A DNA stretch of 63,024 bases, counting the filler, from Phoronis australis (Eukaryota; Animalia; Phoronida): assembly GCA_002633005.1 (NCBI GenBank). It is 6 parts of 6 records of this genome, joined end to end, with 100 filler letters (N's around TTAATTAATTAA, not from the genome) between each part and the next. Parts side by side here need not be neighbours in the genome. Positions count along the whole stretch, not along the records: positions 21,487 to 44,395 come from NMRA01001382.1; 5 more parts are not named here. One strand, 5' to 3'. A program made the position numbers and the translations under genes. The notes below the pieces were generated by a model that saw nothing but the letters and a program-made list of their open reading frames with translations, did not search any database and was not told the origin of the DNA. Shown here one piece after another: positions 23,679 to 36,047 of this stretch; position 1 is the stretch's first letter, and the number at the start of each line of letters is the position of its first letter.

Positions 23679-26600
23679 TAGACCGGCAGCCCAGAGCACT
23701 TAGCATAGATAAACGAGGTACCAACATCTGACCACAGGAGCATTTAAGTCCACCACAGTATGTACAGAAATGGTCGTCTGCCGTTGCCTGCACTCTGGGT
23801 GTGACCCCTGGGGGCCTTACAAACAGCCCAAAAATGAGCTAGACTAGATATTCGAGGTACCAACCAAAACTGATTTAAAACGAATAATAGTACCGCATTG
23901 AACACCAAATGACCCATGACAGACAAATTGTACTCTGGAATGGGTCCGGCAGAAACCAAAAAAGGACCCCCCCAAAAATGAGCTAGCACATACATTCGAG
24001 GTACCACACAAAACCAATTCCATGTGATTCAATACATGTCACAGATCACTAAATGCCCTATGACAGACAAATTACACTCTGGATTGTGCCCGGCAGAAAC
24101 CCCCAAAAATCTCAACCAAGGTATGCCATCAAAATTTGACCTAGACTAGATTTTCGAGCTACCGGCCAAAACTGATTTAAAACGAACAATAGTACCGCAC
24201 TGAACATTGAATGACCCATGACAGACAAACTGCACTCTGGAATGGGTCCGGCAGAAACCAAAAAAGACCCCCCAAAATGAGCTAGCACATACATTCGAGA
24301 TACCACAAAAAACAATTACATGAGATTCAATACATGTCACAGGTCATTAAATGCCCTATGACCGGCAGACAAAATACACTCTGGATTCTACCTGGCAGAA
24401 TCCCTCAAAAACCTCAACCACGGTTTGCCATTTTTGAGACAGTTAGATTTTCAAAGTATCGGCTTAAACTGATTTAAAACCAACAATCGTGCTGCACTGA
24501 AAACCCAATAACCCATGAAGGACAAATTTTACTCGGAAATAGTCTACCAAAAACTCAGAAAGGACCTTAAAAAATGGAGGTACAATCGTTCATGCAGCTT
24601 TCCCTTGCTAATTCGAGTACTCAGGTGGGAAATCCAAACAACTAGACAACAAGATATTAAAAATTGCAACACGAAAATCGAAGTACACAATTGGTGACAA
24701 AAGTTGTGTATTTAACGAGTTAACTGCAAAAAGCGGGACCGCAGGAAACAAAAACTAATTATAAAAGCTTTCGTTCACTAAAGCCTGTGTTTACTCTCAT
24801 GATCACTACAAGCGAAAAGCAGACGGGTGTCAAGATGTAAGACAGTTAACTCGTCTAGTGGTAACTTTTTGAAGAAATTTTTACATGATGTCGAAATTCA
24901 GTGTAGTGTATACAGTGTTTGCCATGTTTTAGTTTCGCGGAGTCATTTGTCGATGGCCGACATTAATGTAATAAAATACAAATCACCCCTAATTTGGTGC
25001 GCAGCCACCCGGTAGAGTCCCAATGCTATTTAAATAAATGTATAAACAACGATGTGTTTCGGTAACAAGGGTTCTCGCTGCAGCATTGCCTGAAAATTGC
25101 ATGCAATGACAGGGTGTGAAGTCACAGCAGCAAGGAAAGTGAGGCCTCTGGAAATCCTGATGAAAGACTCATCTGGGACACTTATCACCTTCTTCTCAGA
25201 GTTAATAAGCGTAGATGTCACAGACGGAAGAAAGTTAGAAGAAGACATATTCCTCCTATTTAATGAAGGGAGGAGTCAAAGATGTCAATGAAGCGTCGAT
25301 ATCTGAAATTAATAGAAATGACCGGAAAAAGGAACAAGGTAAGAACTGTAATTGATAAAATATAAAAAAACGAAAATAATTTCAATCTTTTTTATAGTGT
25401 TAAACCAAAATGGGCAGTTTCACGTCAAAAAACAGTAAATGGTGGAGAGATTTTATGCGCGCACCCAGGGGGGCTCGGGGGGCTCGAGGGAGCCCCCCAT
25501 TTGGCGAAGTGGACAAAGGTCCGCCTCAGAGAAACAAACAGTCCGTGGAAACGAGACAAAAGTCCACTAAAAAGGCGCAGACGCACAGTTCACAGTACTA
25601 AAGCTGGTACCCCGCTTTTTTTTTAGTCCTCCAGCTTTTCTGTTAGCAAAAGGTCCACTTGGTCAGAAATTCGAGCCCCCCCAAAACTAGATGTCCAACA
25701 TCAAGATGATTGACTGCGCAAACAAGCTCACACGAGCCCATTATGTTGCCTTGCTCTGAGGCCAAGTGGATTCGGCCGATCCGGGAAACGGTTTGGATCC
25801 TCTTACCTACGGTTGGAAGGTAGAAGATGGATACTACACTCCCAAATGGTTTTGTGGATCTGCCGTTCCTGATGTCCTTTTTGAAGGTGCTGATCTTTTA
25901 CAAGAAAATCAAGCCGATCAAGAGGTAAAGGAAATGGGCTATGACGAAACAAGCGAGCCCGAATCAAGCTGGAGTAGCAGTGACGAATCTGATATTGAAA
26001 CGTATTAAAAACTAACAGGAAACTACTGTTGACATTAAACATATAGTATGTAGCTTGATGTTCTTGTCGATACAGTGATTTTGACTATCTGTTACTATGC
26101 TGTTTGAAAGTGTTGCTCTATTTCATGTAGTTTATTTTGATTAACGAAGGTTTTTAAAAACACGTCTGTTACTTTTGTTTCAACGTATTGTTTAGTAGTC
26201 AATGAGATGAAAGGGCTCCTTGGAAATAATTTTCGTGGTTCCTCGATCTAGCTCAAATTTAGGGTCCATGTGTTGTCGCTGACGTATCCTTTCTGCTGGC
26301 AGTTTTGATAGCGTTTGATATTTTACACAATCTGCGTTCTTAAACTTCACTGAGTGGGTTGGTTTTAGACAGTTCCTGGTATCCCAAAGTTTTACTGTTA
26401 TCAGGTACTTTCCAAAATGCTTACTCTCCGCCATCATCCATTTGATATCCAGTGTGAGAGCTCAGTAGACGCAAAAGTATAAGCTCATTATCTAATATAT
26501 CATATATATTCAAAAACTACTGACCGGTAGTTGAGATTTCTGGGGCTGGCGAGCACAACCCACACTGGGTTTTAACTGTCATAGCGTATTTGGTAACCAG

Positions 26601-27548
26601 TAACATCTATTTGAATCACATGGAATTGTTTATTGTTGTACCCCGAATGATGACCTAGCTTCTTTTACGGTGTAATTGAGTTTCTGGCGAACGCCTTCCA
26701 GAGCACAATTTGTTTTCTGTCATGGGTCATCTGGTGGATTATTGGTTTTAGTCAGTTTTAGCCGGTACCTCGGGTATCTAATGTATCTCAAAGTTTTGAT
26801 AGCATATAATGTGGTTGAGATTTTTGAGGGTTTCTTCCAGGCACAATTCAGGGTGTATTTTGTCTGTCATAGGGCATTTAGTGACCTGTGACATGTATTG
26901 AATCTCATGTAATTGTTTTTTGTGGTATCTCGAATGTATGTGCTAGCTCATTTTTGGGGGGTCTTTTTTGGTTTCTGCCGGACCCATTCCAGAGTGCAGT
27001 TTGTCTGTCACGGGTCATTCAATGTTCAGTGCGGTACTATTGTTCGTTTTAAATCAGTTTTGGCCGGTAGCTCGAAAATCTAGTCTAGATCAAATTTTGA
27101 TGGCATACCGTGGTTGAGATTTTTGGGGGTTTCTGCCGGGCACAATCCAGAGTGTAATTTGTCTGTCATAGGGCATTTAGTGATCTGTGACATGTATTGA
27201 ATCATATGGAATTGGTTTTGTGTGGTACCTCGAATGTATGTGCTAGCTCATTTTTGGGGGGGGTCCTTTTTGGTTTCTGCCGGACCCATTCCAGAGTACA
27301 GTCTGTCATGGGTCATTTGGTGTTCAGTGCCGTACTATTGTTCGTTTTAAATCAGTTTTGGTTGGTACTTCGAATATCTAGTCTAGCTCATTTTTTGGGG
27401 TCTTTGTAAGGCCCCTAGGGGTCACACCCAGAGTGCAGACAACGGCAGACGTCCATTTCTGTACATACTGAGGTGGACTTTAAATGCTCCCGTGGTCAGA
27501 TGTTGGTACCTCGTTCATCTATGCTAAGTGCTCTGGGCTGCCGGTCTA
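23679..27548 (+). mobile_element. internally deleted Academ (AcademX-like) DNA transposon
   Basis: Termini TAGACCGGCAGCCC...GGGCTGCCGGTCTA; 3-bp TSD ATG (23676-78 and 27549-51); TIRs of at least 740 bp built from ~300-bp units; internal remnants LHAMTGC..K(V)RP..LEE..VNEA and DPLTYGWK..PKWF..AVPD. Confidence 0.8.
25040..26008 (+). pseudogene. decayed C-terminal XPG/H3TH-like part of Academ protein, interrupted by a GC-rich MITE-like insert (~25455-25690)
   Basis: Frameshifted pieces 25097-25340 and 25700-26008 with HAxTGC and PxxYGW motifs and an acidic tail. Confidence 0.65.
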
Positions 27549-27749
27549 ATGCAACAGCAGACGCAAGACCGCCACCGGGAGGGCTAGACATAGGTGACAA
27601 CATTATAGTATACCAACATAATGTGCAAAATTGGCCTCAACTTGTTACTAAATAAGACGAGAAGTGATTTCTGCGTTGACAAAAAAGATCCTCGGTGATT
27701 CAATAATCTGCTGTCTCTATAGCTGGCTCTCTATAAAATAACACTGTCA

Positions 27750-28900
27750 CTGCTGATTCTGTAACTGCAATCCACCCAGCTGTAACACTAACTTTGATTC
27801 AACTTTAACTTAAGTAACCCGTACCTGGATGAGCATGTACTCTTACAATGGTTCTCCAACAAATCGCCAATTCAAGCACATTCTACGCAATACTTCTGTA
27901 AACATATATTAGGCTCTACAATGTTCCAGACTGCGGTTCAGAATGCGATTTAATCACTTATAAGCTGGAATCTACTAGAATGCTCTGTACTACTCTATTG
28001 AATTACATCCCTAGTCTGACCTCATGGGTCATGTCAATCTTCTCGTAAACAACTAGAACAGTGAAATAAAGCCTATAGAACTAAAACCAATGCCAGTCTT
28101 CTCCTGACACATCGAATATCGCTAACGTTATTTTCATATTTTAAGGTCATCGGTTCGGGCAGATCAATACGAAATTTAATACCGAGTGTAGTGAAAATGT
28201 TTTTCCTTCAAGTCAGATTTTTCTCGGTGTATAATTTAAAATCGCTATATTTCGAGGCCCCTATCCAAATACACTCAGAGGTTTCCATGTTGGGTTCTAA
28301 ACCAGAAAGCGTAAAGAATTGGTCTACGAAACTAAGGGTCTCTGTCAAACAATCAGTGGAACCATCAAGAGTTGACATTGTGTCGTCTGCAAATTGCCAT
28401 ATTTCTATCCGTTCCTTGTACCAATAGCAACGATTTCCCTATTCAAACGCACCTTTATCGCCATTAAACTCTGAAGAGATAAGGCGAGTTTGGATCACCC
28501 TGTAGGCAAAACCGACCAATTTAATTGTTGAACAACATTATCATCAATAACTAAAACATTCAAATTATCATCTTTACCTTCGCACAGCAAATTATAAATA
28601 CTGCTCATTTCCAATTACAATTGAGCCAAGTCTGTAATTGTTTCTCCTTTTTATCAATTAATTTGTATAAAGAGTTGTTAATAATTTCTTGAACAAGATA
28701 AACATATGGATGGTTTCTCATCAGGCTCAATACATCGTGCTCGAGTTCTAAACATTGATCCTTTCATACTATATTCACATACGGTATATTGCATTATTCC
28801 TTTGAACAATGTTCAGGAATTCCTTCAAAACGGGTGACTGTTTCAAATAGCATGCTAATTTACATTTCTAAACTTTTCATGCAGCTATCGGTCTCTCTTT
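27750..28900 (-). mobile_element. decayed L1/Tx1-clade LINE ORF2 fragments
   Basis: Minus-strand peptides FRTRARCIEPDEKPS, QGDPNSPYLF and WQFADDT..LDGS..SGLEPNMETSECIWIG; stops and deletions; boundaries approximate. Confidence 0.85.
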
Positions 28901-28925
28901 TTTGTTTTTACTGAACTAAATAAAT

Positions 28926-29795
28926 ATAGATTATTACATGGCGAAGTCGTTATCCCCCGTTATCTAGAGCACGAGTGGATTTTGGAGAATTATCGCCCGA
29001 GGGGCGTCAGCCCCGAGGGTGATAATTCTCCAAAATCCACGAGGGCTCTAGATAAGGGGGATAACGGCTGAGAACATGTAATAATCTATTTATACCACAT
29101 ACTAAACGAGAAACATTGCAATGAATCGATTTACCTTTTCTGACTCTCCACGGCTTTGTAACTACTTTCTATGTCAGAGGCCCGGGGTCGGAGGTCGTGA
29201 CCTTTTAAGAAAAGCCCGGCTATTTTTGTCAAATAATGCTTTTACTCAAAACCAATTGAAAACTTAAATATTATAGAAATAAATTGAATTTATAAATTAA
29301 GGTTTACCAACTATTATAGCTTAAAACACGTTTTTTTCACGCTAAGCTTCGACCGGGAAATTATCGTCTGCTAAAGTAGGTTACCACTGGTAACTGAATA
29401 TAATTCTCAAGTCAAAGATCCTGACGACACGATACCCGCATTCAAACTGGAGATCGGTGATTTACAAGTAAGAGGACATGAGAGAAATATTTCATTGAAT
29501 TAAGATATCATTTTTATGGAAATTATGTGTCTTATTTTTCGTAGCGTATAAGTACAGTACAATGCGGTTTGTTGAACGTGCGATTATTGCGCGTGCTCAT
29601 TTAAGTATTCTATTTTCACTCTTGATGACGTCAGTCGCTGCGTGGTGTAGTGGTAAAGTCGGCGACCAGCAATATTAGGGTCCCGGGTTCGACCCCCTCC
29701 TCGGTTTCCCGCCAAATCGTTATCTAACTAGTGAGATAACTGTATGGGTTATTACACGGTTGTATCTGCCATTTGACGCTAATATCGTGGTATAA
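28926..29795. mobile_element. non-autonomous element with a terminal 164-bp hairpin abutting a second inverted-repeat pair; carries a tRNA-like segment
   Basis: ATAGATTATTACATG...CATGTAATAATCTAT hairpin (28926-29089), then TTATACCAC (29090) pairing with GTGGTATAA (29787-95); second copy at 50498. Confidence 0.65.
29633..29706 (+). repeat. tRNA-derived SINE-like head
   Basis: A box TGGTGTAGTGG and B box GGTTCGACCC; no convincing cloverleaf. Confidence 0.55.
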
Positions 29796-32700
29796 TTAGT
29801 GTTATTGCGAATATTGAGGAGGAGCATATCAAAAAAAAAGAATCGTCTATGCTTAATTTCAATTCGTTATCTGGATTCAAAGAAATCGCATCTGTGCCAT
29901 AAAGCACGGCAGCATATCCTAATTTGGTTTCCTTGTAATCATTTTCAGCTGACCTCACATGATGGGTGTCTCTAAGTAGAGAGTTGTTAAATCGTCAAAG
30001 GTTCGGACCTCTAGAAAAGTGTATAAGTTAACTCTTAACCCAAGTGCAACGGAGAATTTGTCGAAACGGGAACTACCCAAATCGCAATATTCCGATTCGG
30101 ACCGGATACTGATACGGGCCTGGACAGGCGCACTTCAACGACCCGCTTTTCTCTTGTTTATTTGTGTAGCAAACGTAACCCAGTCTCTCAACAACTTCTA
30201 ACATCGTCCGTAGTGTGAGCTGATCTGACGGGAGTAAACTACCTCGCAGAGAATTATAGTCAACTAGGCTGAGCTGTCTCAAACAAGCAATATGAACTCA
30301 ATGTTTACATTATTTTCATATTGCACGAATCTCCCCTACTTCATTATTAACATTAAGACAATTTTTCAGCGAATCATTTGTAGTGTCAAATAATTTCTCA
30401 CATGACCTGAAATGTGTTACAACCAGACTGGTTAATAACACCTAGTACGTATTTTTTGATACTATATGGGCTAAGTAGTGCAAAGTAGAATTCCATACGC
30501 CTTACATTTCATCTCCTCCAAAACACTAATACCAACAACCAAACGCGCACCAACCAAACACCAGTGGCGGATTTAGAGGGGAGGGGGGCAAGGGCTATGC
30601 TCCCGCTAAACATCCTGGCTAATACTGTGCTCTGTCCCCCAACTTGCCCCTGCACTGTCGGAATTTCGTGAAAATGACAAAGTTTTGATTGACAAATCGG
30701 GTGTCGCAACTGTACGTATTCCCAGTTGCAAGGACACGCAAACACAACTTCTTAAACGGGCCCATCTTTGGCGGCGAATTCTATATCCACCTTCATTCAA
30801 ACGCGGTGAGACTAATGCTCATTGGGTGAGACCGATGCTCATTGGGTGTGTCCAAGGATTGTACTACACTCCTTGGTGATGCTGTCTAGTTGTGCAGTCT
30901 CAAGGTCAATCTTCGGTGCTCACGCGCTGACTGTTATTAATAACCGTTTGTTTAGTTTTAATATAACAACATCAAAGACTATTTATTAGATTCTAACTTG
31001 AACATTTGTTACGAAAGCTGAATGCAATTTACAATTGTTAAGTTCAAAATAAAACTGTTAACAAAAAGTAACTGACTTTACTTTACATTGCGCAAGAGTG
31101 TTTTTGCAAAGTTGCGTCATGTGGTTGAAAGTTTCGAATTTTTCGGTGAAAAAGAACGTTTTTACGGTTCATGTGAGAAAACAAAGCCTCGGGATTTTGG
31201 CGAAATTTCCAAGAGATTATGCCTCTGTCAAGAACCTGAGACTCGTGTATGATTCTCTATATATGGGAGTTGTTTGAGACTTGACACTGACAAGTTTTTT
31301 GTCAAGTTGTAAATGCCGCGGAATACGCCGGGAAGAACGAGTTTGTAATCTACTTTTAAATCAAGCTACGTCACCTATCTTATATTGCCCCGCTAAATGT
31401 CGCGGGTGTAAAAAGTTATTGAGAGACTGTGGCGCGTTTGCATTTCCGTGTTCTGGTTGTGTAGTCTTACTCGCACCGGCCAAATAGCAGTGGACCAGTG
31501 CAATTCAATTCTGGACGAGCTCAGGAAACATCTACTGTTTTCCGTCACATCGCTTACAAGTCTCCAAGTTTTCTGCGGTGTCATCCCAAGTTTACTAGCT
31601 GAAAAGCGTCCCATAATGCATTAGCATTCCCACAGATGAAGTACTTCGGATTGAAGTAAACATTGACGAATTTGATATCGGCATCTTCAGTTGTATACTT
31701 GAAGCGGTTGACAAACTTGCATTGAATTAGCTCTTGAACGTGACATTTCCACAATGTTGTCTTCTTCATTCTGAAGGGATACCTTAGTTGCAAGCCAAAT
31801 GCACAGTAAACATTTCGCTGCGATAAGCTGAAACTATGAACAAGCCATACCCATGTACATGTCCATTACAAAAGTAGGCCATCTTGCTTGAAGTGTGAAG
31901 CAGGGGCACAGGCATGGTTTAAAGGCGCAGGGTCAAATACAGGTCTCCTAACCCATATGGACTTCAATTCAATTCAAGTCCACAAGGCAACATACATCAC
32001 GTAGCCAGTTGAACACCGTATGCAGCCAGTTGGACGGTGTCTATATATTTATGACTCTTGTAACCTGTTGATACCTTTTTCGCAAATACACACACACACA
32101 CGCACACACGGCACTTCCACACACACAGTGACGAATACACCGTGACGCTAGGAAGATTGTGGGCATATGGGTGCTCATTAGTCAAAAATGCCACTGACTT
32201 ACGGGCCACACAAATATGCCATCGGATGTGAAGACAGCATTATTGTGTTGATGTGCCCAGGCACATTATAAGAACCCGCTTAACACTCACGTTTGTCGTC
32301 TTGTCCGGTTTTCGTCATGTCTTCAAACCCCTGTGTAAAACAAATGGTTATTAATTACCATATATGCCAGAAACACAGATTCCTTATGAACTAACATTAG
32401 CTGCGAGCATGAGGTATGCAGTAAGTCAAATTGAATCCCTGAGAGGAGTTGCAGCTGGGGGAAGACAAGGTTAAAAAAAATCGACGATCCAGCCTGACCT
32501 CTGGCGGTTGATATTTTTTATTGACTAGTCGACGCTTATCACCAGTGGTTTGCAACTTTGTGCAGGGATTATTTGTCAAGATTAATCGTCATATGTTCAT
32601 GACGCAGTTATCGAACATGTTATAGGGAAATTATGCCAATCTATGTTTAGTTTCATGGGCGTTATATAAATATCTTCTTTTTTTAACGATAACATAGATG

Positions 32701-34265
32701 AATGTATGCATCTTCTTAATCCTACGTAAAATGATTTTGAAGTACTAAGTGTCAGACAAGTGACTGTTCGTTGTTGGCTGTCTTGGAATTTCGAATGTCG
32801 TTTTTCAAATTGTGTAGATCAACACGAAAATAGGGCATGTTTGTCATTTTCTTCAGTCATGGAAAACGTATCACTGACATCTCTACCATAAAAAATCCAA
32901 AATATTCATTGATAAGATGGATAGGCTATAAAATATCACATTATTTTTCATATTGATCGGGAACGGTATATATGTTTTTGAAGTTAATTTTCAAACTAAA
33001 AAGACATTGTTCAAGAAGTTCGTGTGGTTCCCAACAGTTGTTAGCATTTCAACGTCAGGACCGATTTTATTAAGGATTCAGACAATGGAAACTCGGTGGG
33101 TTGATAATGAATTTCTAAAAGTTATTGAATAACATGAGATACTTACGAAAATTGACAATATTGTCATCTCCCGCTGTGACTGTCAATGAAACATTGGTCT
33201 CTCTGGTTACGTTAAGTGCAGAGATTTTTACTTCCAACTTCAGTGATAAAACAGTGGTTTTCAATTGTAGTGACATTTTACGCATATAATGGAACATAAA
33301 ATACTACTCCATTTGCAACAGACATTTGTATACTTTCCCACTCATGTTATGATGTGAACTACTCCCCAATAAGGGCTAACGTATTCCTATCTCCTTAACA
33401 AACCACCTACATGTAGTTTGGCTTCATACGACCTCCTAGTGTGACCTCTGCTGGGACACAGATGCAGATGATTCCAATCTATTCTGAGCTACGGTACACC
33501 GTTCTATTTTGAATTCCTTGAATATGTGCTCTAGTTTTACAAAGACTCCATGGAGTATGTATGGAATGCACACAGTTTGTTGTGTATGGTCGTCATATAC
33601 TATACATTCTCCTTTCGTTATGATGTTACTGCCGATTAGGTGAATCTTTCTGGGCGAACACCCATTTTGAAAGTTTGTAAAATGTTGTCCATCTCAATTT
33701 GGAGTACTGTTCCGAATTTATTTCATAATCTATAGCCGAGGGAAAACGTGTGCTACAGATTTTGATTGCTAATATTTTCGTTGTTTGAGAAAGTAAATCG
33801 AACATTTCTTAATAAATCCTTTATGTAACGATGACCAGGAGTGAGAGTTATTATGTCCGACGTATTCACGTGACTTTCAATTCACTGACGTGGTTATCAT
33901 CGGTATAAGTTATTAATTATATTTCAGTATCACGATTGCATAATTGTTCATTAGATGGGGGCATTTAACGAAACTTGGCAACGATTTCCTAAAGCGTCAT
34001 AGTAAACAGCTGCTTGTCCATTCCAGTTAACACCAAGAGCGGTCTAATGGAGGCACAAAACAATTCGCCCTCGAGCAAAACGTGTTTCCCAGAAAAAAAC
34101 AACCTATCCGGGAACTTCCACTGCGTATAATAAGCCGTTTTGTGTGCCGGGCCCTATATTATAGCCTAGCTGGTGATCTGACAAGCGTAAACGCCAACCA
34201 CGCGTAAATTGCCCTTTTGAGGTATGCATTCAAAAACAAAGTTAACAAAAATCGCGTTCGTCTAC

Positions 34266-35218
34266 CTAGATAATTATTCTTCATGCAACCAGGCGCTTGG
34301 GTGACTTCAAGTACATAGAACCAAAGTTTATCAACTGTCCCTTCGACTGTAGTCAGTAGGTCTATGTCTCGGGCGTTTACACAGACTTTTTGTGCTCCTG
34401 GCATGTGCACTGGGAATGCCAAAGGACTATTGCATTCAGCAATAAGAGCGCACTTTTCAATGGACCCTGGGCAGAATAACACCTTCTGTTCTTAGGAAAT
34501 GAAATCAAACACACTGAGTCGGCAAAAGACTTACTGGTTGGAGTATCGCTTCCGTTTTCGTCCTTAAACCTGTTGAGTCGCAGTTTGTAGACTGGTCGTC
34601 AGGTTTGGTACCACGAGCATGCGTTTCTGGCAACTCTTGATCGGCAGTATTATTCAAATCGACAACTCCTTCCTGTAATCAGAGCGATATATGTTATGAA
34701 TATGTATATGTATATGTTATGAATATGTATAGGTATATTTATATGTAAAAGTATGTATATTTACATGTACAGTGTATATGTAAAAGTATGTATATTTACA
34801 TGTATATGTAAAAGTATGAATATTTACATGTATATGTAAAAGTTTGTATATTTACATGTATATGTAAAAGTATGTATATTTACATGTATATGTAAAAGTA
34901 TGTATATTTACATGTATATGTAAAAGTATGTATATTTACATGTATATGTAAAAGTAATACTATGTATATTTACATGTATATGTAAAAGTATGTATATTTA
35001 CACACCGTGCAGACATGATGTGTAAACTCTGCAACCGTTACGAAGGCTTCGCGCCTTTGGTACTTCATTTCATGGATCGATTGCACCTCGATTGTTTGGA
35101 TAGAGAATGCTCTCTGTGTTGGACTATATTTTGAACATTGTGCGCTGCTGAACGAGTTGACTCTGTCGACCTTATAGCAAGCTATGAAAGCCTGCCAGGG
35201 TTTTTGCGCAGAAGGCAT
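34266..35218 (-). CDS. possible spliced gene fragment of unknown product (exons 35006-35218, 34535-34672, 34266-34485)
   Basis: Three open segments with GT-AG boundaries joining in phase 0/0; no family recognised; 49-nt intron and weak first donor. Confidence 0.3.
34690..35002. repeat. 28-bp AT-rich minisatellite
   Basis: Unit TGTATATGTAAAAGTATGTATATTTACA. Confidence 0.95.
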
Positions 35219-35889
35219 GATTAAAGGGAAAACTTCTATCCGAAGGATTTACGAAAGCGTATCTTCTGAAATCTCATTGAATGGCTGAAATCGTTGTGTA
35301 CGTGATTTTCTGCATATACACATGTTAATGGTTATATAAAGTCAGGTGGTTTGTCTAGCGGAACCAAACAATATCACAGACGACCCGGCGTCAGGGCACG
35401 AGTTTGTTATCTTGTCCTTGACTTCAACAAGGGCGCAGCCAGACATTTTCAGCTATTAAAGTACGCTCGAACTTGGATCCGGGTGTCGACTGTGGATAGC
35501 TGTTGACGCCCGGGGCCATGTGAACGCAGTTGGTAGCAGTCTTTTCCTCAAACAAGATTTTTAAAACTTTGATGAGATGTTTTACGTCACGAGAGTTTAC
35601 AGTCCTTTTTCATTGCACTACAGCTGACCAGGGGCCGTCATTAGAAAACTGGCCTATTTTTAAAGTTTGTCCCTTTTAAGTAAGTCCTGATTAATCGGTA
35701 TCAGTGCAAAGTGACTGGAAGAAACACACATTATAAGCGAAGGCAATTGGTCACGTTTTTTGGTATTCAAATCGGTTCTGTTTTATTGAATAAATTTGAG
35801 TTAAGACTTGAGTAGAAATTATCGAATACAAGTTTAGTCTTTTAATTATTAGAGCACCACTGCCTCGAAATAATTCATACACATTTTCC

Positions 35890-36047
35890 CAGTAAGTGAC
35901 AGTTATGGTTATATTCTCCGATACTTTGTAGTCTTACTAAAGTAAGTGACAATTATGGTTATATTCTCTGATACTTTGCACTCTTGCTAAAGAAAGTGAC
36001 AGCTTTGGTTATATTCTCTGGTACTTTGCACTCTTGCTAAAGTGACT
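35890..36047. repeat. 51-bp tandem repeat, 3 copies
   Basis: AAGTGACA.TTATGGTTATATTCTC.G.TACTTTG...CTAAAG. Confidence 0.9.

Noticed and set aside
29633-29706. Functional tRNA gene (also 40362-40432)
   Set aside because: A/B boxes are present but acceptor and anticodon stems pair poorly; SINE or TE context.
34266-34485. Splicing this exon-like segment onto the SLC26 exon (phases are compatible)
   Set aside because: SLC26 N-termini are short, the peptide has no SLC26 similarity, and a phase match is a one-in-three chance.
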